The translations under genes and the position numbers were made by a program. The notes under the pieces were generated by a model. That model ran no database searches. It was not told the DNA's origin and saw only the letters and a list, made by a program, of their open reading frames with translations. This document shows, piece after piece, positions 58,161-64,000 of a stretch of DNA of 64,000 nucleotides. How positions within the stretch are numbered: the stretch's first letter is position 1; each line of letters starts with the position of its first letter. This DNA is from Eledone cirrhosa (taxonomy: Eukaryota), in assembly GCA_964016885.1 (NCBI GenBank), contig OZ024745.1:125054001-125118000 (forward strand). Direction: 5' to 3'.

Positions 58161-58620
58161 ACGTGGGCTTCCTAACGAAAACGGAGGGAAGAAATGTAAA
58201 AAGGGTAAAGGCTACTGCAAAGAGACTTACAGTAGCAACACCACCAACACCATCACCAGTCACACTAGCACTACCATCACCACCGGCGGCAACCCCACCG
58301 CCAACAACAACAACAACTTCAACAACACCACCACAAGCACCAACATCGCAAACACAACAACAAAACACACACACCCAGCAAAAACGACAAGAAAATAGCA
58401 GAACCCCCACCACCAGAAAACGAAATGCACAGCAATAAATGCACACAAGAAACTAATGACTTACATAATTGAACACACAGGCATTTCACAGCACGACTAC
58501 ATAATACCTGCACCAATCAAAACACCAACGAATATAAGACTGGTAAGAATATCACAGAAACAATACACAACCATTAAATTGAAATTCCCCAACGAAGCTG
58601 GTGATTTCAGAGACCTGGGA
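58160..58620 (+). pseudogene. Putative LINE ORF1 C-terminal fragment (P/T-rich)
   Basis: P/T/Q-rich ORF followed by KKLMTYIIEHTGISQHDYIIPAP..., fused directly to ORF2 copy B. Confidence 0.35.
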
Positions 58621-58629
58621 GGGACACTC

Positions 58630-59899
58630 AACCGGAGGGACACCGCCTGACCGTCGTGCCTTGTCATAAACCTCACCTGACTGCGCTGGAGTGTTTGCTC
58701 TTTCGATTTTTGTGGAAGGGACGCGCCCCGATGGTCAGGCGGTCCATCTACTGTCAACACCCGCTACATGGAGGGCTGGGCATGCCGTGGCTGATGATGC
58801 GGAGACACGCGCTCAGGCTACGACATATCCACCTCTTCCTCGACGGTGATCAGCTGTGGTCGCCGTTTGCTAGACGCGTCTTTCCCCAGCTCGTCTCATT
58901 GACAGAGCTGCAGTCCTGGGTCAAGCGAAGACCAAGAGGGAGTGCTTGGAGACTGGAATGTCTTCAGGCGGTCACAGCCCTCGACCAATCGAGCAATGTG
59001 ATCGGTGGAATCTCCACATTGGCGTTCTAAATATGATTAGTGGTGGGGAAGAGCGACGACATACTTGGGGAAACTCTAGGTATCGGAAAAATCAACTAGC
59101 CAATCTCTTCGGAAGAACTTTCGGGCTGGGGCCTATGGACAACTTCCAGATATTCCTGGCCTGGCAGTGCTACCGAGGAGCTTTGCCAGTTCGGGATAAA
59201 CTCTACAGGCATGGAGGTACCGTCAGCCGGGCATGTACGAGATGCGCGCAGGGCGACGAAACCAAGCTGCACGCACTCGTCCAGTGTCCGAGCATTGCGG
59301 ACTTGTGGGTTTATGTCGAACACCTGCTGTCGTGTGTAGGACGCATCCGGCTATCAGCTGAGTCCATCGTGAGGATTGCCCCGCCCTCTTCCTTTAGCCG
59401 GGAAGGGAAAGAAGTTTTTATCTGGGTGGTGGCCATGGGGAAAGAGATAGTATGGTGGACGCGTTTGAAAGGGCTGAAGACGAGCACTTACCTCTTCGGT
59501 GATGCCCTCAGGGTAGAGAGGGAAGGGCTCTCTTCCCAGCATTTTGTTGAAAGATTGGTGAGAGCGGCAAGAATAGCCCGAGTGAATGGGCCTACTCTGA
59601 GTATGTGCCTGTAAATTGAAGGTGGAGAACTGGGAGAGGGCACTTGCCCTGGTGGTCAGGGTCACCGTGGCTTTTTTTAATGGGCTTTCTCCACGATGGC
59701 CCTCGGAAGTCTCCCCCCGCCCCCCTATTGGGGAATTTTTCATTGTTTCTTTTTTGTTACATCCTCTGTTTTTGTTTTTTACACGCAGAAATACCCATTT
59801 GTACCGTCCTGTATTGTCCTGTATTGTCCTGTACTGTCCTTAATGTCTTACTTTATGTAAACCCTTGTTGTTAATAAAGAAAGCATTATTATTATTATT
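58630..59899 (+). pseudogene. Tx1/L1-clade LINE ORF2 3' part, 3' UTR and (TTA)n tail, copy B
   Basis: LFRFLWKGRAPMVRR...HPLHGGLGMPWL; AWQCYRGALPVRDKLYRHG...CTRCAQGDETKLHALVQCP (zf-RVT). Stop at 59614; aataaa and (tta)n end. Confidence 0.92.
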
Positions 59900-60336
59900 A
59901 TACCAGACAGAAAAGGTTTCGCGTATATTTTTGCATCATTAATCCAAAGAAACAATTCATTGTAACCATCAATATCATAATTATCCTATCCAGTATTTTC
60001 ATGATCATCATTCGCATCAACATCCGTATAAGTAATAGGGCTACAAAATAAGTAAGAAATATAGATTCAAAAACATAAACAAACATATTCAGCAAATAAC
60101 GTGATATTGAATTTTTACAGAAACGACTTTTGATCGGCTTTTCTCTCAATATAATTGTCCCAGCTGAATTAATTACAGGATTGTTTTCATCTCGATTATT
60201 AGATGTCAAGACACTGTACATTTTATATTTTTCTATTGATATTTCCTCCTACTCTATGTAATATTTACTTTAATTTACTACCTGAATGTTTATTTACTAT
60301 CAATATAAGCGTAACAAAAAGGAAAATATTAATGAT

Positions 60337-60510
60337 TGTGGATTGGCAGTATCGGTAGAATGTCGGACGCCATGCTTTGACGTTACGGCCCTTTATGATC
60401 TGAGTTGAAATCCCGCCGAGGCTAACTTTGCCTTTCATCCTTACGGGGTCAATAAAGTACCAGTAATACACTGGGGTAATAGCTGGCTTTGTGCCAAACG
60501 TAGAAACAAT
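60337..60510 (+). mobile_element. SINE (Meta/MESC-like)
   Basis: Family head, core and tail. Confidence 0.88.
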
Positions 60511-61129
60511 TGATGATAAAGAATATCATGATATTTAGTTGTCAGTAATTTAACTAATTATAACCTTGTATGTAAAACTGGATTATATACGGGATGAAAA
60601 TAAATTGTTTAGACGAATGATGCAGTAACATAGACGACATAATTCAGTAGAGATATGGTAATGTGTTACAATTGTGCTGATGATTGAAATATGATGCTAG
60701 TAAAGCAATTTCTGTGAAGCTGTACATCCTTAGAAGGTCTGGACAAAATCTTATCAAATATAATTTAACCAGAATTAACAGACACACTGCCATATATATA
60801 ATTTAGCAGTCGTTTAATCTGCTTCTGTCAGAGTGAAGATTACTATGTAGGATTACGATGCTTAGGAACCCACTAGATGCAAATATTTCCAATTAATTGC
60901 CACATACAACAGTTGATGTAAAACCGGTAATAAAATCCAGGAATATTATTTTATAATAAGGACTTAACTGCCTCAATCAAACATATTCGTTGCATTTAAT
61001 TATGTTTCTCTTAAAACATAAACGCACATAATCACACACATACAAACACGTGATCGGGTGCATGCAAAGACACAAAGGCACAGACGTATCCACAACTATC
61101 TGGCCTCTATTTAAATGATGGGTGTACTC

Positions 61130-62450
61130 GATGTACGATAATCAAATTCTAACGTGCATTGAATTATATGAAATGGGTCTGAGTATCCCAGAGTCATTTG
61201 GAAACAGTGCATTCCGTAGACAGATTCACTGGTGTACTGTAGAACAGTTTTGGCCAACATATGACTTGTTTGACTTTCTGAATATCACGCCTGTTTTCAA
61301 AATTAACTTGAATTCTTTAGTAGCGTGCCTGCCTTATCCTCTGATGCCTAGGGCTCGAAAATGCTTTTCCATGCTTACTTTAGATACAGTCCACTAAACG
61401 GTGTTCCCCCAGGAGTTACATGATTTGACCTATATGCACATATGTTTATAAACTGTTTTCCCTTGCTAGATACATACTCCCCCACTCCGTATTTCCTCAC
61501 ATAGTAATCATTTATTTCGTATTTCGCCGACGAAATCCAATATTTATCCCTGTTTCTGGCAAAATGTAGCACCTTTGCATGTACAACCTGTTGTGCATTC
61601 AATTATAGATGTAGGTTTTCATAATGTTGAAAGACAGCCATAACATGTCCCTGCCTATTTGTATTCTTATCGTCTCACATGCATTTCACCAATAGAGCAG
61701 GCTCCAATGTGTTGCTCTAACTGGCACATTAAGGCTTGAAACTGTTTTGAAGAAAGCTGACGAAGTAATGATGCATTTGTCTGTTAGTGTTATGTATCTT
61801 TGTACATTTTCTTCTGATAGTATTGGTATGAACCTCTCAGGATGAATGACAGATGGACTGAGAGTGTTTTGGTCCTTAACTTGTTACATTCTATGTGCGA
61901 CATCCAGGTCACGACGGCTGGGTGCCTTTCTGATGACATTTTTAGCCTCTTGGACATTAGAGACTTAATGTGCATTGAACCGTAAGATTTTGTTGTCAAG
62001 ATCTAGCTGGAACTCCACTTCATTGCATCTGTTTCAAAAGTATATTTAAACTCTTGAGCTTGGAAAGATAACGTAATTTGTTATGATAGTGGTAGACTTC
62101 AACAGCGTGGTCACGGTCACCAACGTTACAAACACAATTGACTCTATTTAGCGTATGTTAAATGCCTTCAAATGATATAAAGGTTGTTTTTATTCCTCCT
62201 CGATCAAATCCAACTAGAAATAACATTGCCTTTAGGGTTTTGGGCCTGAGAATTGTTTCATGAGATTGTCCGCCAACATGCACCCATTTTCATAACATAG
62301 CTTTAGTCAGACTTTTTGAAACATTACCAGTGAGAATTTCCTTAAATATCTTATAAACTGCATAGAGATATTCTGACCTGTAGCACGTAAGCAACTGCAT
62401 AGGGGGTACGTTAAATCTAGTTTTTCTGAAATGCCCCAAGTCAATAAAGT
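61130..62450 (-). pseudogene. Decayed hAT transposase (ZNF862-like)
   Basis: Minus strand HPAVVTW / VAHRM*QVKD (cf. WCxAHRLELAxKD), followed by a hATC-like LFYSTPV segment. Confidence 0.35.
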
Positions 62451-63099
62451 TCAATAGAACTAAAGGTTTGTTAGAATACGGCCATTAATTTCCGGGTTTT
62501 CCAGACCATTTATGATGATTCACTAGCTTCCAGTTGGTAAGTATATTATTATAATGTAATACATGAATAACCAGTGAAACGAACATTATAACCGTATATT
62601 TGGCATCCAATTTTATTTCAAATATTAATATAGTTCGATTACAAACTATATTATTATAATGTATTATTCGAATAGCTAGTATATGGAACACTATAACCGA
62701 ATATTTAGCATTCAATTCTATTTTAAGTATTAATCTATTACGCTTATAACTATTCCTCCGTGATCTCCAAGTTATTCTTTCTTATGTATTTATAGATAGT
62801 TTTGACCTAATTCGTTTATCTCCTTTCTTTACCTAACTTAATATAAGCGTTTTGTAAATTAAGCTGTGTTGCTGACATTTTCTGATGGTAGTTCCATGTT
62901 AATTCCTCTAATGTATCCATGTTAAAATTGTTTAATGTTGCTTGCCATCCTCATATTCCAACATCACATCATAGATATACAAAAGAGGGCTAATTGTCCT
63001 CAAATAAAATTTATCTCGGTGTCTTTTATAGTTTGATCATTAAAAGGGAAAAGGTGTGCGGAGTGAAAGAAAGAGAAAGAGAGAGCGTGAGAGAAAGAT

Positions 63100-63115
63100 A
63101 GAGAGAGAGACAGAC

Positions 63116-63189
<74 letters not shown>
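63100..63189. repeat. (GA)n microsatellite
   Basis: Direct reading. Confidence 0.97.
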
Positions 63190-63191
<2 letters not shown>

Positions 63192-63644
63192 AAACAGTAA
63201 ATTCGAAATATTCCTTATAAAGGAGAGCTTCAATTTTTAATACTCTTGTGTTTGCACTTGGATATTATTTGTCATTTATTCATCTGATGAAGATACTAAA
63301 TGTACCTTTTTTATTATTGGTGCAACAATGTTCATGGATAACTTTATCTGAATCAACATATATATGAAGTTATCAAAGGCCCTGAAACAACCAAGCTGAA
63401 GAAGACTCAAAGCCTCTTTTGTACAAATTCAGTTTTATATACTGGATTTGTTTATCAATAAATGCGCATATTCTTATGTGTTTTACTTGTGTGCCGGTAT
63501 ATATGCCAGTGCTTGTATGCGTGTGTTGTATGTATGTGTGCCTGTGTGTGTATGTTTGTGAGTATCTAAGTGAATTTTGGTTTATCTAGCTCTCAATTAT
63601 TTACTGCAGTAATTGTTGTAGTTGAATATTCATGTTGTAAGCAA

Positions 63645-64000
63645 GTTGATTATGGAACTTTTGAGTTATAATCCCGCCAACATTAGGTTTGCTTTTCATC
63701 CATACCCGAAAATAATATAAATACCAGTCACGCACTGGGATCGATTTAATGAACTTTCCCCTCCATCTACATTGTTGATTTTGTGAGCAAATTAGAAACC
63801 ATTGTAGATTGGCAGAATCGGTAGAGAGTCGGACATCATGCTTTGCAGCATAGAGTTACAGCCCTTTATGATGTGAGTTCAAATCCCGCCGAGGTTAACT
63901 TTGCCTTTCATCCTTACGGGGTCGATAAAATAAAGTACCAGTAACGTACTGGGACCGATTTAATCGACTGCCCCTCGCCCCTCCCCCAAAATTACTGGCC
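63645..64000 (+). mobile_element. Two tandem SINEs (63645-63803 diverged; 63805 to window end)
   Basis: gagttcaaatcccgccgaggttaactttgcctttcatccttacggggtcgataaaataaagtaccag. Confidence 0.88.

Overview
AT-rich, repeat-saturated animal DNA with no supportable host gene exon. The SINE families and abundant (TA)n, (CA)n and (TAA)n tracts point to a cephalopod, probably Octopus (inference). Almost all ORFs in the track are microsatellite artefacts. The coding signal is decayed transposons: a Tc1/mariner relic, a Neptune-type Penelope-like element (PLE), R4/Dong, CRE, Tx1, CR1/L2 and RTE LINE remnants, three hAT transposases, hAT MITEs, a Helitron and about 18 SINE copies or fragments. One hAT (Buster/Charlie type) spans 5.8 kb between perfect ATTTAAAC TSDs and is packed with nested insertions. 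The most striking unexplained structure is a dense set of about 20 type I hammerhead-ribozyme (HHR) motifs from many unrelated sequence families. Many sit in 170-430 bp non-coding fold-back cassettes inserted in (TA)n, with the shared layout (TA)n - tail - long arm - centre - short arm - (TA)n. These look like minimal PLE-derived insertions, possibly made from dimeric ribozyme RNAs. All calls come from reading the sequence by eye; no searches or folding programs were run, and boundaries are approximate.
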